Source: Octopus vulgaris (lineage: Eukaryota). From it: 64,000 bases of DNA. The notes beneath the pieces were generated by a model. That model did no database searches. It was given only the letters and a program-made list of their open reading frames with translations, and was not told the DNA's origin. Positions 13,013 through 25,719 of the stretch are shown one piece after another. The stretch is taken from positions 55,800,001 to 55,864,000 of the forward strand of contig OX597821.1 of NCBI GenBank assembly GCA_951406725.2, in the 5' to 3' direction. Each line of letters begins with the position of its first letter. Position 1 is the first letter of the stretch. The position numbers and the translations under genes were made by a program.

Positions 13013-13544
13013 GCGGCTATAATATAAATATAATTAGAAATAATTTATCTCTAAATTTTTATATTCAACAACTTATATATCATAAACTGAGGCTACCACT
13101 TTAATACTTGTCTAGGATTTGTTTCCGTTTCCTTCAAGTATTTCCCATGAGAACTGTTAAAGTTATCATTGTTGGCGAAAGTTAAAAGATTTTGAGTTCC
13201 AAAGTAAACCTGTAGGAACTAAATCAATCGAATTTGATAGTCATTATATAAAAGATTATGATAGGTTTCACAGAGCTTTGTACTTTATTATTGCTTAAAT
13301 CCAACTTTCTCGTTTCTTTTACTGATACAATTCAATATCTTTCACAACCAGGATTACATGAATTCGATGGAAGTTTTTGTTGTTTTTTTTCTTAGGGTCA
13401 GAAACAAATACAGTAGGTAAATCAATAAATAAGAGAAGCTTAAATATTTGTTTCGTTCATGTAATAATGTCTATAATTCATTTACATAAGAGGTATTCGA
13501 TTTTAGTTACACACAACAGCGTCTTTGCTGCTGGATGGTTTTAT

Positions 13545-13600
13545 TGACAATATTGGTAACTTTCGATAAATTCATACTCTTCATCAGAAATAAATTGTCA
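13545..13600 (-). ncRNA. Degenerate hammerhead-like motif
   Basis: The minus strand reads UGACAAU-uuauuu-CUGAUGA-AGAG...UC-GAAA-GUUACC-aau-AUUGUCA. Distal stem I is 7 bp; U16.1 and stem II look degenerate. Confidence 0.4.
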
Positions 13601-14329
13601 ATTTTAGCACGAACAAACTTTCTGGTTTCTTTAATGTTTTCATATATTATTATTATTGTTATTAGTTATAGCTTCATTGTTGTCCTTCTTATTTTTATTC
13701 TTGTTGCTCATTGTTGTTGCTGAACGTATTTTAGGAGATCTGTAAGTCTGTCTTGTTCTCCTTTCTAGAGCGTTGTATTTGTTAATTTTAATGTTTAAGC
13801 AGACCAGAATAATGAGGGACATGTCACTTTCCTTTTGTTACTGGTGCACAGGAGAAAGTTCTGAAAAAGAGTAAGATTTTTTATCGAAATTTCTAAGACG
13901 GATTCTACGCTTTCCTTTTCACCACAGACGAGAGAAAAATAAACATAATTTTGATGGCGAAATGTTGTTTGAATCGAAACCTCCACCACACCGCACTACA
14001 GTCGTATCAATGACAACAGCACCAACATCAACAAGTCAACAGTAGCAGAAGCAGTGACAATGTGTCAAAGTTGCAATACCTGGCAAGGAACCGCCGCCAT
14101 CTGTGACAAAATTACCGACAGGAGAGAGGAAATCATTACCATTGATACCCTTAACAAGAAACGGGGAACAGCAATAGAACCACTACCTCCTCACTAGTAA
14201 TTAGCAATAACACCTGCAACAACAACGACAACAATAGTGGAACAATAGAATCATGGCAAAAGCGGCTCTTTTCCAGGGGCTACAAAAACATTTAATTCAG
14301 CTCCATTTGACAATAACAACCTGCATGGG

Positions 14330-14632
14330 AGTGGCTTTGAACTGGTTGGTCACCTGCATTCTCCTGATTTCCTACCCATCTGACTATAATCTTATAATCT
14401 GTTTCCCAACATGGTAAAATACTTGTCTGGGAACTAATATCGCAGTGACGATGATGTCGTCATATCTGGTATTACCACCAGCTACTATTGAAGTCTTCTT
14501 TGAGCATATCAACTTACCTGGAAGGATGCAATGCAGTTACAGATAAGATGTGTTGAAACTAATGCATACAAGATTTCACAGAACTAGCATCATTCCTTCA
14601 TAGTCAGCCTATGATCTTTTAGCCCACCCTCG
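14330..14632 (+). mobile_element. Mariner transposase 3' remnant
   Basis: Decayed GFELVGH..SPD..PSDY.LFPNM motif and a terminal ...ttttagcccaccctcgca resembling a mariner TIR. Confidence 0.5.
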
Positions 14633-15577
14633 CATATTATTAACTTCCAACCTTGGTGATAGACGTTATGTGGTGGCTTTTTAAGGTTGTCTCTGCAGAT
14701 TTTTCTATCGAAATTATAGCCATCACTGATTTCGTATCCAAATATGTCTAATTAAAATAATCGGATCGAAGAAGAGAAAATAAGAAATGGGTGCATACGC
14801 ATATTTTAAAAATTCTCGCTTTTTCTTCGTCATCACATCCAACTATTCACGAACTCATTGCTCAAACAGCTACTAAATAGCGGTTTAACAATATTGGATA
14901 TACAAATATTACATATTTAACACATTCCTGACATCTGGCTGATGCAATCATAATATACGACAAATCAATGCTGGCTATAGAAAATCTTCAGCGATAACCT
15001 TAAAAATTGATTTAATAGCACTGCTAACACGGTAGGACAAAGTGGTGACTTATAAAGCGTTTAATAAACTTTGTAGTATATTATGATTACATAACGAAAA
15101 TACAGTGTCCCTGAAAGTAAATAAGTTGTGTGGTGGATGTCACTGAAAGAGTTGAAAACAGACACGTTCCCTTTGATGAACCTTCAACAACTTTTTCAGG
15201 TTACACTTGAGAAATAAGATAAAGTTGAAAAGAAAGGGCTGCCCTCTAACACATTTGCTTAAATGTGGATGAGAGAGTCGAGCATGGACCGAGTGAAAGG
15301 GCATGCTCTGATCACGTACCTGTAGATTGATGTTATACAGCTTGGATAGGGTATTTGCCTTACTAGCCAGGGTGACCGTGGAATTTGTGGAACTTCCACG
15401 AGTAGCTTATGGAGGAATATTTCTTTCTTTGAATTTTTTCCTTGTTTTGTTATTACGTTTTTATACTGTTTTCATGTAATCCCGCATTATATCGTGCGAT
15501 AACAGCCTCGATATTTTTTTCAAACCTTGGCGATTAATAAAGAAATATACCTTCATCATCATCTTCTTCACACTATT

Positions 15578-15810
15578 CGCGAGCTGGGAGAATCGTTAGC
15601 ACACTGGGCGAAATGCTTAAAGGTATGTCGTCTGCTGTCATGTTCTGAGTTCAAATTCCGCTGAAGTCGACTTTGCCTTTCGTCCTTTCGGAGTCGATAA
15701 ATCAAGAACCAGTGAAACACAGAGGTCGATGCAATCCACTAGCCCCCTCTCCAAAATTTCAGGTCTTGTGCCTACAGTAAAAAAGATTATTATTATTATT
15801 ATTATTATTA
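15578..15810 (+). mobile_element. tRNA-derived SINE family B with (ATT)n tail
   Basis: gcgagctgggagaatcgttagc head, GAGTTCAAATTC B box, gtcgactttgcctttcgtcctttcggagtcgataaa central domain and tail gtgcctacagtaaaaaag(att)n. Confidence 0.8.
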
Positions 15811-16299
15811 TATGTGTTGTAAAAAGAGGGTACTTGTTCATGGTCCGTAAGTATTTTTTAAAATTTGTTTTATTTGGTATTCAAACTTTTGTTGAACTGT
15901 ACTAAATAATCGAGATCACTTTGCTGACAGTGAACTTGTTTGGATAAGATTTAGATTTCGAAAATTAACATTTCAAAGTAAAAACGATAACAATATGGCT
16001 TCCCAAATCGAAGAAAGTGGTGTCTGTTGGAACAGCTATTATGACATTACTTTCCCACTACTGGTTTATATGGCGGAGAGACAAATCACAGACATCAAAA
16101 CCACAACATCAGAAGCAGCAGCAGCACCAGTGACGAGCAAGATCAAATTTTAAAATCACACAAGCACGAATTCCACCACCTCGCCAACACTAACAACACC
16201 ACTACCAATATCGCCAATAATATCATGACCTCAAGCAGGCTGAGGGAAAAAGTAGGCAGTGCAAACAGCAGCTATTACAGCTATTATCTAGATATCTTT

Positions 16300-17520
16300 C
16301 GAAAAATGTCTGCAGGATGAAAATTATGTCACTCGTGGAGATGCTTTGCTACAGTTGAGGTAAGGAGATTCCCAACTGAAAAGTAAACCAAAGAAAATGC
16401 AGCACTCAGTCTCAAAATTGAGGAATTGCGGTTCATTACGACAAGCCATGGTTGTATTTTACGAAATAGAGAACAAAACAAATATTTTATAAGTGCAAAA
16501 ATGGGTAAGGAAAATTGGTCAGGTACGAGAATAGAATTACAGATACACGCCGATGAGTTCAGCATTGAAGACAACCCTCACCTGATCATCCTCACTAATG
16601 CAGAAAGCCGAGATGCAAGAACTCTGGTGAGACAAACCATTTAAAGACTTTCTACCTCATGCTGCTGCAGACACATCTAACACAACAATAACAATAGCAT
16701 CAAACGCAACAGCAGCAACAACAGCATAACCAACACACTCAGTGCCAGGAACAACAGCATCCAAAACTCAACAGCATCGGCACAGGGAGCAAAAGGAAAG
16801 TTCCATTCAACAACATCAATGTCAAGTACTGGTATAACACCCGAGAAAATCTATAGCGACACCTGTATAGCAACCCAGAGAAGCCTCACTCACATAAGTC
16901 GTCCAGACCACTGGCCAAGAAATACCCAACTGTGCAGAGATACCTCACATCTTGCCACAGAATTCCCCGACTGTGAAAAGTTACCTAGCAAGCAAAATTG
17001 CTTAGAAAGACCAGCAGAATAGATCCTGGTGAAAGGAAAACGTAAACATTTACAAACGATTATGCGCGGTACAAAACTAAAAACGAAGAGATTAGAATGT
17101 GGTACACAGAAACGAACATTCAATCTATACCAGCACAATTACAAATATCTCCAACGCTACAAACATCACCAGCATTACAAACACTTCAACAAACGAAAAC
17201 GCACAGCAATCCAGACCTAACAATATGAACAGCACTGCCAAGGTATCATCACTTACATGGCCATAGACACAATCAACGAGAACTTGATAAAATATATTCA
17301 AAAATACACAGACGTTACTCTAAATGATTACATTGCACCCTCACGTAACACCCATAGTAACATAAAAATTATAACAACGCAACAAACTGACAAACTGGGA
17401 GCAAAACATTCCAGAGGAATGAGAGATTTCCGTGAGACCACAAACAGAAGACTCTACAAAATTGTTTGTGGAGATACCCATACATAACCAAGAAGACAGA
17501 ACATCTGTATTGCCACGGTA
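16300..17520 (+). mobile_element. Possible decayed L1/Tx1-like ORF1 regions
   Basis: Fragmented, coding-like C/A-rich sequence with short ORFs (16426-16644, 17257-17487). No diagnostic motif seen. Confidence 0.25.
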
Positions 17521-17654
17521 ATAGTGTAAGTGATTGTCTCTATTCTTCTTTCTGACAAACATGACCTTGCTCAGAATAGGCAGTTTAAATGCATATCACC
17601 TGTAGTCACCTTAGAAACAGGGCCACCTTCTATTGACCGCAGGCAACAAAGCTT

Positions 17655-18160
17655 AGAGGTAGTGAAGAGAGAGCAGTGTATACCATCAAAGTGATACTGG
17701 GGCACAAATATATGAAGCCCAAAATAACCATAATGGCTATACACATGAGAATGGTACACGAGGCACGTGCATCACAATCATGTGCACGACATGGTGATCT
17801 CGTATGGAAATAAACAGCGCATGACATTGCAGGTGAAGCCCAGTAAGAATTTTCTTCGACTCGAGTAGCCTATGCCGCTGAAATGCTATGTTTGCAGAGG
17901 TGAATTATTCAAAGCCCAAAGAATTCGTCTGAACACATGACTATGATGCTTACCCACTACTCCTGCTCGCGATCAGAGATTCACATATCATCAACCATTA
18001 AGGGACATACTCAAATTGTGAAGGTCAAGCAATTAACAAGCAAATTTGTGGTATTGAGTAAAATATTTGCTGTAGCCCATCGTTTATACGGAAACAAAAT
18101 ATATACATGTTAACGTCCTAACACTTTCAATTAAGATCACAAATCATGAGAGCTACTGTC
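17655..18160 (-). repeat. Repeat family C, near full length
   Basis: Reverse complement of 32600-33149 (gagagagcagtg...ccatcaaagtgatactgggg...). Confidence 0.8.
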
Positions 18161-18184
18161 TTTTCATTTTTATTATTATTATTT

Positions 18185-18590
18185 TCATTGGCATCTTCAG
18201 TCAATTCCGTTTTCATTTCTTACCGAGTGTCTTCCAGATATCTAGGGCAGAGAAACGTATTGTATACATCGGTAGGCCATTAAAACGACCACGTCAGATT
18301 ATCCATTTAGAAAAAGGGAAAGTCAGAGACAAAAATAAGAACAAAATTTAAAGTAAAGAAATAAAATAAAAAGGGGTAGGAAAGACAATTCACAGCGACA
18401 ATGATTTTCTAAATACGTGTGACATACCAGTTAAGACAACTTTTTGCATTTCCTGCATAGATGGTGAGCCAGGGATCATTCTTAAATAATTTTCAGTACC
18501 TTTTAATCATTCCAAGTGTTCCTATAATCACTGGTATTGTAATCGTCTTGAGATGCCACATCATTTCGATTTCAATTAGCAAATCTCTTT
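18185..18590 (-). mobile_element. R4/Dong-type LINE 3' end, flanked by (AAT)n
   Basis: The minus strand encodes EIEMMWHLKTITIPVIIGTLGMIK, and the 3'UTR is homologous to 20645-20760. (att)n tracts lie on both sides. Confidence 0.8.
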
Positions 18591-18602
18591 TTATTATTTA
18601 TT

Positions 18603-18664
<62 letters not shown>

Positions 18665-19069
18665 AGAAATATTAAAATAACTAAGTCTCTCTAAAAGAGA
18701 ACAGCGGCAGCGTTCCCGGAAAATAATAGTTATCGCCATACTAATATGGCATTCTTATAAAAATAAGAAAAAAGCTATGCAGGAAATGCAAAAAGTTGTC
18801 TTAACTGGTATGTCACACGTATTTAGAAAAGCATTGTCGCTGTGAATTGTCTTTCCTACCCCTTTTTATTTTATTTCTTTACTTTAAATTTTGTTCTTAT
18901 TTTTGTCAAGTAGTGTGGAGCGACTGACCTCCCTTGTTCGAAGGTTATATGGATACAGTTTGTGTATCAAATAGCTAACTTAAGGCGATGGCCTCATGGA
19001 GCTAATAAGCGGACAGCTTTTTTCTTATTTTTATAAGAATGCCATATTAGTATGGCGATAACTATTATT
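18328..19069. repeat. Two interlocked near-perfect inverted repeats
   Basis: 18328-18460 is the reverse complement of 18775-18907 (133 bp), and 18722-18776 is the reverse complement of 19015-19069 (55 bp). Confidence 0.9.
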
Positions 19070-19088
19070 ATTATTATTATTATTATTA

Positions 19089-19330
19089 TATTTCTTGTTC
19101 TTTCAACTTTGTTTTTATTTCTTGCCGAGTGACTTCTCGAAACCTAGGGCAAAAACCTCGGTGTATACAATTGATATATCCCTTAGATAAACACGCCAGA
19201 TTGATCATTTATGAAATCAAATGATGTTATGTTTTAAAATGTCGCTCTGAGCTATCGAAAATGACTACATGGAAGGTTATCTTTCTGACATGCTAGTTAC
19301 AATCACCAAGACACATCCCGCATCCTAGGG
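19089..19330 (-). mobile_element. R4/Dong-type 3'UTR remnant
   Basis: tttcttgccgagtgacttctcgaaacctagggcaaaa matches 20673-20713 and abuts (att)n. Confidence 0.65.
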
Positions 19331-19654
19331 CGAGTGAAGGATAAAAGATGTTACAGTATGACTGAAAGCTTGGGAAGGGGAAGTAGCAGGGGCGGTAGCG
19401 AAATATTTTCATATAATACAACACAGACATTTAAATTGATAATTTTTTCTAGGGATGTGGGTAGTACAATCTTTTGGATTTCTTTGAAACGTGGTTCTTC
19501 TGTCATTTTATTCATTCCTCCAGGGCATGATGTTAATAATCCGCAAACATATTTCTCCTTATGCACTACTACTACTACTACTACTACTACTACCACTACT
19601 ACTACTACTACTACTATAGTAGAAAGGATTATTATTTTTATCATTGTTATTTAA

Positions 19655-20460
19655 GACGTCGCACAGTAGGTAATATCATGATGTTGCTTATTGAAGAAAT
19701 TGTGTCTACTGGGGTTTGAACTGTCTGTCAATTCACACAAAGGATCTCAGACTGACAGTACGTTTGGCAATATGCGTGTAGTTTCAAGTAATGCCGATTT
19801 TGCAATACACCTAGATTGTAGGGTATTTCTAAAGTTTCCAGATGTTTCTTCAGGCTGGGTGGTATTGAACCCAATGCTCCGATGACAATAGGGACAACCT
19901 TTATATTTGACGTTCGTAGCTTCCACATCTTCGCGATCTCAATTCCCAGTTCTCCATATTTATCGATATTTTCTCTTTCTTTCATAATAATATATGTTGG
20001 TCAGGCACTGTCACGTCGATTATGCACTCTTGTTTGTCTCTCCTAAAGATTACTATGTCCGGCCTTCGATGCTTCAACACCTAGTCTATCTGGAAGTCAA
20101 AGGCCTAGAGGATTTTTGACTCCCCCTTTTCATCCATTAAGCGTTCTACTGTAAATTAGTACCAATCACCCGTTGTATCGTATCCAGACTTCCGGCATAG
20201 TAGCCAGTGAAGGTTCTGCGCTACCTTTTCGTGTCTGAGCCCCTGCTGTTTCTGCGCATGACTTTCACAATCACTAACAATGTGAGTCATGCTTTCGACC
20301 CTCTTCCCACACATTCTGTAATGGTTCGTTCCACTTGTGTAGTATATATCTCTATTCGCTGAGTTAGTATTCTATGCTTGATCCTTGGCAGCGATGATTA
20401 GGCTCTCAGTCTTCTCTTTTTTACGTCACCGTTGCTGAGCCACCTCCAAGATGCTTCCTG
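19655..20460 (-). mobile_element. R4/Dong-type LINE 3' fragment (distinct subfamily)
   Basis: CCHC-like RMCGKRVESMTHIVSDC, RHEKVAQNLHWLLC, RRPDIV...IDVTVP and KYGELGIEIAKMW...PIVIGALG. Confidence 0.8.
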
Positions 20461-20587
20461 ATGAAAACTCATAGCTTGTTTTGCGGAGTATGATGGAAAG
20501 TGTCAGATGAAGAGCCCTGCGAATAATTCTTGCAATTCAAAACAATGCTGATTTTTGGAGGTGTTCTACTTTCTATTATTATTATAA

Positions 20588-20644
<57 letters not shown>

Positions 20645-20645
<1 letters not shown>

Positions 20646-21723
20646 TTTTTTTCTTCTTTCAAATTCGCTTCCATTTCTTGCCGAGTGTCTTCCCGACTCC
20701 TAGGGCAAAGAAACTCATAGTATACATTGGTAGGCCATTAAACCAAACTCAATAGTTCGTTCATTTTTTTTTTTTTAAGTTATATTAAAATACATGAGCA
20801 GCAACAGTTCTCACATCGACAATGCTCTTCTCAATACGTGTGATGTACCAGTTAAGACAATCTTTTGCACTTCTTGCAGGGATAGTAAGCCAGGGATCAT
20901 TCTCATATAATTTTCGGTTCCCTTCTTGATCATTCCTAGTGCTCCTACGATCACTGGTATTGTAACCGCCTTGAGATGCCACATTTTCTCAATTTCAATG
21001 AGTAGGTCTTTATATTTTCTGAGCTTGTCAAACTCTTTCGCTGAGATATTATGATCACAGGGGATGCTCATGTCGATCAATAAGCAAACTTTATTGTTTT
21101 GGTCTTTCACAACAATATCTGGTTTATTGGCCTTGATGGTTCGGTCTGTATGTACTGGAAAGTCCCACAGAATGGTTACATTTTCTCCTTCAGTTACAGC
21201 CTCAGGGTGGTGATTATACCACTTGTCGGCAGTTTTGATATTGTAATGCCGACTTATTAGCCAGTGTAGATATTGGCCAACTCTGACATGTCTTAATTTA
21301 TACTCCACTGGTGCTAAGACTTTACATCCAGAGATTAGGTGGTCCACTGTTTCAATCATGTCGTTGCAGAATCGGCATTTTGGGTCTGCTCCATTTTTCA
21401 TCACATTGGCCTGGTAGTTCCGGGTTAATAGGCTTTGATCTTGAGCAGCCAGGATGAAACCTTCATTCTCTGCTTTTAGCCCTGAGCTCCGTAGCCACTG
21501 ATGGGTTTGCTTCTGATCAACATCAGCTTGTTTGCTGCGGGCCACATATTTGCCGTGCAGAGGTTTCTCCTCCCACCTATCAGCCAATTGCTCGTGCGCT
21601 TTTTTCGTTGCCATTATTTTCACCTTCTTTGCAACAATAGTTGCCGTACTTCCCTCGGGTTGTTCAGTTTGGGTATCCTGCACGAGATCAATAGCAAATT
21701 TTTTGCTTTCCTTGATGATAGAA

Positions 21724-21724
<1 letters not shown>
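20645..21724 (-). mobile_element. 5'-truncated R4/Dong-type RLE LINE inserted in (AAT)n; open C-terminal ORF 20811-21683
   Basis: CRFC...ETVDHLISGC zinc knuckle, RH motif, and KPDIV...LIDMSIP...KLRKY restriction-like endonuclease. (ATT)n at 20573-20644 and 21726-21799. Confidence 0.92.
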
Positions 21725-21799
<75 letters not shown>

Positions 21800-21965
21800 G
21801 AGTGAGAGAGCAGCATATGCCATCAAAGTGATGCTAGGGTACAAATATAAGAAGAACAATATACCCATTATGACTACTTGTCTGTTAAGAGTGCATCAGG
21901 TACGAGCATCAAAATCATAAGTGGGCAACATGATGATCTCATATCAAGATAAACATGGCATGAAC
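21800..21965 (-). repeat. Repeat family C, terminal fragment abutting (ATT)n
   Basis: gagtgagagagcagcatatgccatcaaagtg... directly follows the (tta)n tract. Confidence 0.75.
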
Positions 21966-23099
21966 TTGAAGTAGTGTAAAATTTTGTTGTTCCTGTGAAG
22001 TAGTTCTGAGTTAGTAATTCCTGAACACTAATCCTAATATTTGCTTTCTTCCGTGTACAGAATATCTATAAGACTGAGCTGGTTTTACTCAGTTAAATAA
22101 AGTAGTTGAACGAACACCAATAAGAATGTCAGTAAATCAGTAATTTTGAAAGTTTGCTGCTAGCGTATTACTGACGGGAACCAGCTACATGTCTGGGTTT
22201 TATTTAAAAGAATATCTATAAATGACTCAAACATAAAATTATATTTACTGTTCTTCATTTTTTGTATAATGATTTTTGCATTATTACAAAAGCATTTGAT
22301 GGTTTCTTGATGAGAATTGAAGACAATAAGTCTAGTACAGTTACAGAAACTTCTTGTTTTATAACAGGAAGAATATTTTCTTTATGACTGTTCATAAGCA
22401 TATTAAATTTACTATTTCTCAGTCACTTTTACCTCCACTTTTCTATTGCTTCTACAGTGTCTTTGATAATGCAATTAGTATGTATATCAAGGTTTCTCTG
22501 TTCTTTTACGAAAACACAATGCATTGAAATATTTTCTACGGCTATAACCTCAATGTTGCTGTTATATTGTGCAATAAAACTTATCTAATTCTGCCGATAT
22601 TATTTATTATAACCATACATCTAGTTTATGTTATCTATATGCTTACAAGTTTGAGCACAAAGAAACCTCATGAGATATTCCAAATATCGATTCCAGTAAA
22701 CTATCTTCTGTTTAATCTACTATAAAATGTTCACTGTATTTGATTAACATTTCCAGGATATATCTTGATTAGCAAGATAAATTTTCTCTTCCTCAGACTT
22801 TAATCTTTTCCTCCCATTTTTAATTTTTATATTTAATCATATTTTTCAGTAATTGTTTATTCTTAACGGCTTTCGTTTTTCTCTTTACTCCTTTGTCTTT
22901 CTGTCAAGTTATTTGATACTTCAAAACGCGAATGCATGATCTAGAAGAACTATATCTATTCGTATGTTTAATAAAAAGAGATAATGGACCATCTATGCGT
23001 TAAACAGAATTAATTCCCACAAGTAAGACAAACGCTAGAAATCAACGATATTGCTAAGTTTTCACTATACATCCAGTAAAAAAAGATCTGTATTACGTA

Positions 23100-23470
23100 T
23101 CGAAAGGAAAGGGTTTGATAAAGTAAAGGCTTAGAAGAAAAGAAGTAAGGGAATGAGGAAGAAGCGAAGGAAGAGAATGCGAAGATAATGTAAAAGGATA
23201 AAGCAGAAATAGGAGGAAGGAAAGAAGTGGAAGGGAGGCGATGGTGAGAAGGAAAACAAAAATGGGGTGAAGAAGAAAAAGAAGAAGAAGAAGAAGAAGA
23301 AGAACAACAACAACAACAACAAAGGCGACAGGAGGAGACTAATGTGAAACGAAAGTAGGAAAATATGAAAAGAAAACCAAGATGAAGAAGAGATGGAGAA
23401 GGAAAAGTAAGGTAATGTGGAGGAGAGTAAGAGAAAGGGCAAATGAGCAGAAGCAGTGGCAGCAGCTAAA
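23100..23470 (+). repeat. Purine-rich low-complexity tract with (GAA)n/(CAA)n
   Basis: Directly visible. Confidence 0.85.
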
Positions 23471-24332
23471 ATGTAGAATATGAGAAATCTAGATAAAAAT
23501 TACTTTCAAACGAGCTTTAGAAAGTGTAATTTTCCAAAATTTGGTTCAATCCACTCGTATGTCTCTGGAGCTTTCCCAGATGACAGAAACATTAGTCAAT
23601 CAGCTGAATTATTCATTCCGGTCCTAGGAGTAGGTTATCTAACACAATACAAGCTAAACTCCACCATAAAATTTACCTCCAATGGAATTCCTGAAACCTT
23701 TATCTTCACCTTCTTCCTTCCTAAATACGATCGATGGAGAACATATATTTCGAGCCGACAAGGAACCACGGAGTGTTTGGCAGCCTGAGCTTCAGTCTTG
23801 GAGGGCACTGAAATTATGCAAATTGCCTTGCTCTCAAGAGATGCTGAATGTCGGACATTATCTCTTTCAGTGCACTTTCCACATCTGTCTAACTAGCTAC
23901 CTTCGGCTGCTTTGTGTTTATGGAAGCATATTTATATATTACTGTTTTGTATGTGTTTCTGCCAACACCGCCCTTTCCCAGCCTTATCAGTTTGGCCGCT
24001 TGGTCAAATATATATATATCCATCTGTAAGGGATCCATCTTGTATACCACCATGCCTTTCGCAGATGTTACTGGGAAAGTACTTTTGCTGTTGCTGCTGT
24101 TGGCGTTGTTATTCACACTGGTAATATTGCCGGCGTTTAAAGTATCGAGGCTACTGTTATTTTTATTTTCTTTTTATTCCTCTCTCATAATTTTTGCTAT
24201 TGTAGTGGTGGTGGTGGTGATGGTGGCTGTGTTCATAGTCTTACTGTTGTTCTTGTTACGTGATGTCTTTGGTATTGTCTCATTTATTGCGAGGAAATCA
24301 ACTTCATAATTGGAATCAAATTCCAGTGCTGT

Positions 24333-24364
<32 letters not shown>

Positions 24365-24715
24365 TTTGTTGTCATAGTGATAATGTGGTCCACTATACTT
24401 TGAACTTGTTGAATGCTCACATCTCGCCTCCTATTTGAGGGTAGAAAGCAGAGGACTCTGATGTGTCTTGCAATTTACTGCTCAAGCTACTTCTTCCTCC
24501 TCCATGTCTGTTAGCAGTACGGATGACGCCATACTTGTTTGTAAAATTACTCTCTCTTTACAGAACTGAACCCCACAAAGGAGCACAAAAAACAAACTAC
24601 CAAACCTTTGCAATGGTAGTAGTTTCAACATACGTTTTGTAACAAAATAAGCAATTAACAACTTTTGAAAACAAAAATTAGAACAATAAACTTACGAGCA
24701 AAATGACAGCAAGGA

Positions 24716-24838
24716 TTATCAGGAGGGTTTTAAGCACTTGAAAGACTGCTGAAAACTTGTGGATACCTAAGGTTACAGGCAGTAACCCACTAACCACATG
24801 AATCCTACCAGGAATAAGACGGAACCTGAGACAAAACC

Positions 24839-24915
<77 letters not shown>
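24716..24915 (+). mobile_element. Very short RLE-LINE 3' tail followed by (AAT)n
   Basis: TARIIRRVLST* C-terminus, then a ggttacaggcagtaacc hairpin, then (aat)n from 24840. Confidence 0.6.
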
Positions 24916-24917
<2 letters not shown>

Positions 24918-25371
24918 TGATGATGATATTTTAAACGGATAGACGTAGCTTTTCACAATAGTTAAATAAACAATACGGAGAGTGCGAAACGATTGCAATA
25001 GATATTTTATTGGTTGAACGATATTTCAGCAGCTAGCCTCTCTTTATCGAGTTCTAAATGAAAAGTGATAAAAATTCGAAATTATATAAATCCAAATCCA
25101 AAATATAAACGAGAGCAACCAGCGTCCCAACGCTGATGGAATCAGTCTTCTAATTTCATTTTTACAACTGGCAAAAAGAACAAGAAAGAAAAAAGAGGAA
25201 AAAAGGAAAAGAAGAATATTTAATCAAGCAGTTTTTTGTAAATATGATGAATTTCTCTTGTAATTTTATTCATTCTTCCAGGGCTTGATGCTAATAACCT
25301 GCAAACATATTTTTCCTCATGCATTTGGAGTACTAAAAGTGTAGCAGATTCAGAAGAGTTTAATTGACTTC

Positions 25372-25701
25372 TTGAATTTCTGTGACTGTTATGCTAAAAA
25401 CTATGGCTTTAAGTCCAACATAAAATTTACCTCTAATTTTTCAAAAACTAATCTTGAATTTTTGGACACAAACTTTAAATTTTCTGGTGACCGAATAGTG
25501 ACAGAGTTATTTTGCAAGCCCATATCATCCCATATTTACCTTCACCGCCACATTGATCATCCACATCATATAATTCAGTCAAATCCGAAATCTCTGTTTT
25601 TGAGGATAAAACGGATTTGCTTTGATATAGGGGACTATTGGGGACATGTAAATGCTATTGCTCACCATTATGTCAAACGCGGTTACAGTGAATCCCAATG
25701 A
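25372..25701 (+). mobile_element. Penelope-like element RT/thumb fragment
   Basis: NIKFTSNFSKTNLEFLDT...TELFCKP...YLHRHIDHPHH...PKSLFLRIKRIC...Y.KRGY matches the PLE consensus. Confidence 0.85.
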
Positions 25702-25719
25702 AAGGAAATAGCAAATGAT

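Noticed and set aside
13396-13416. 21-nt AG..GT micro-exon candidate
   Set aside because: Too short to distinguish from chance without RNA data.
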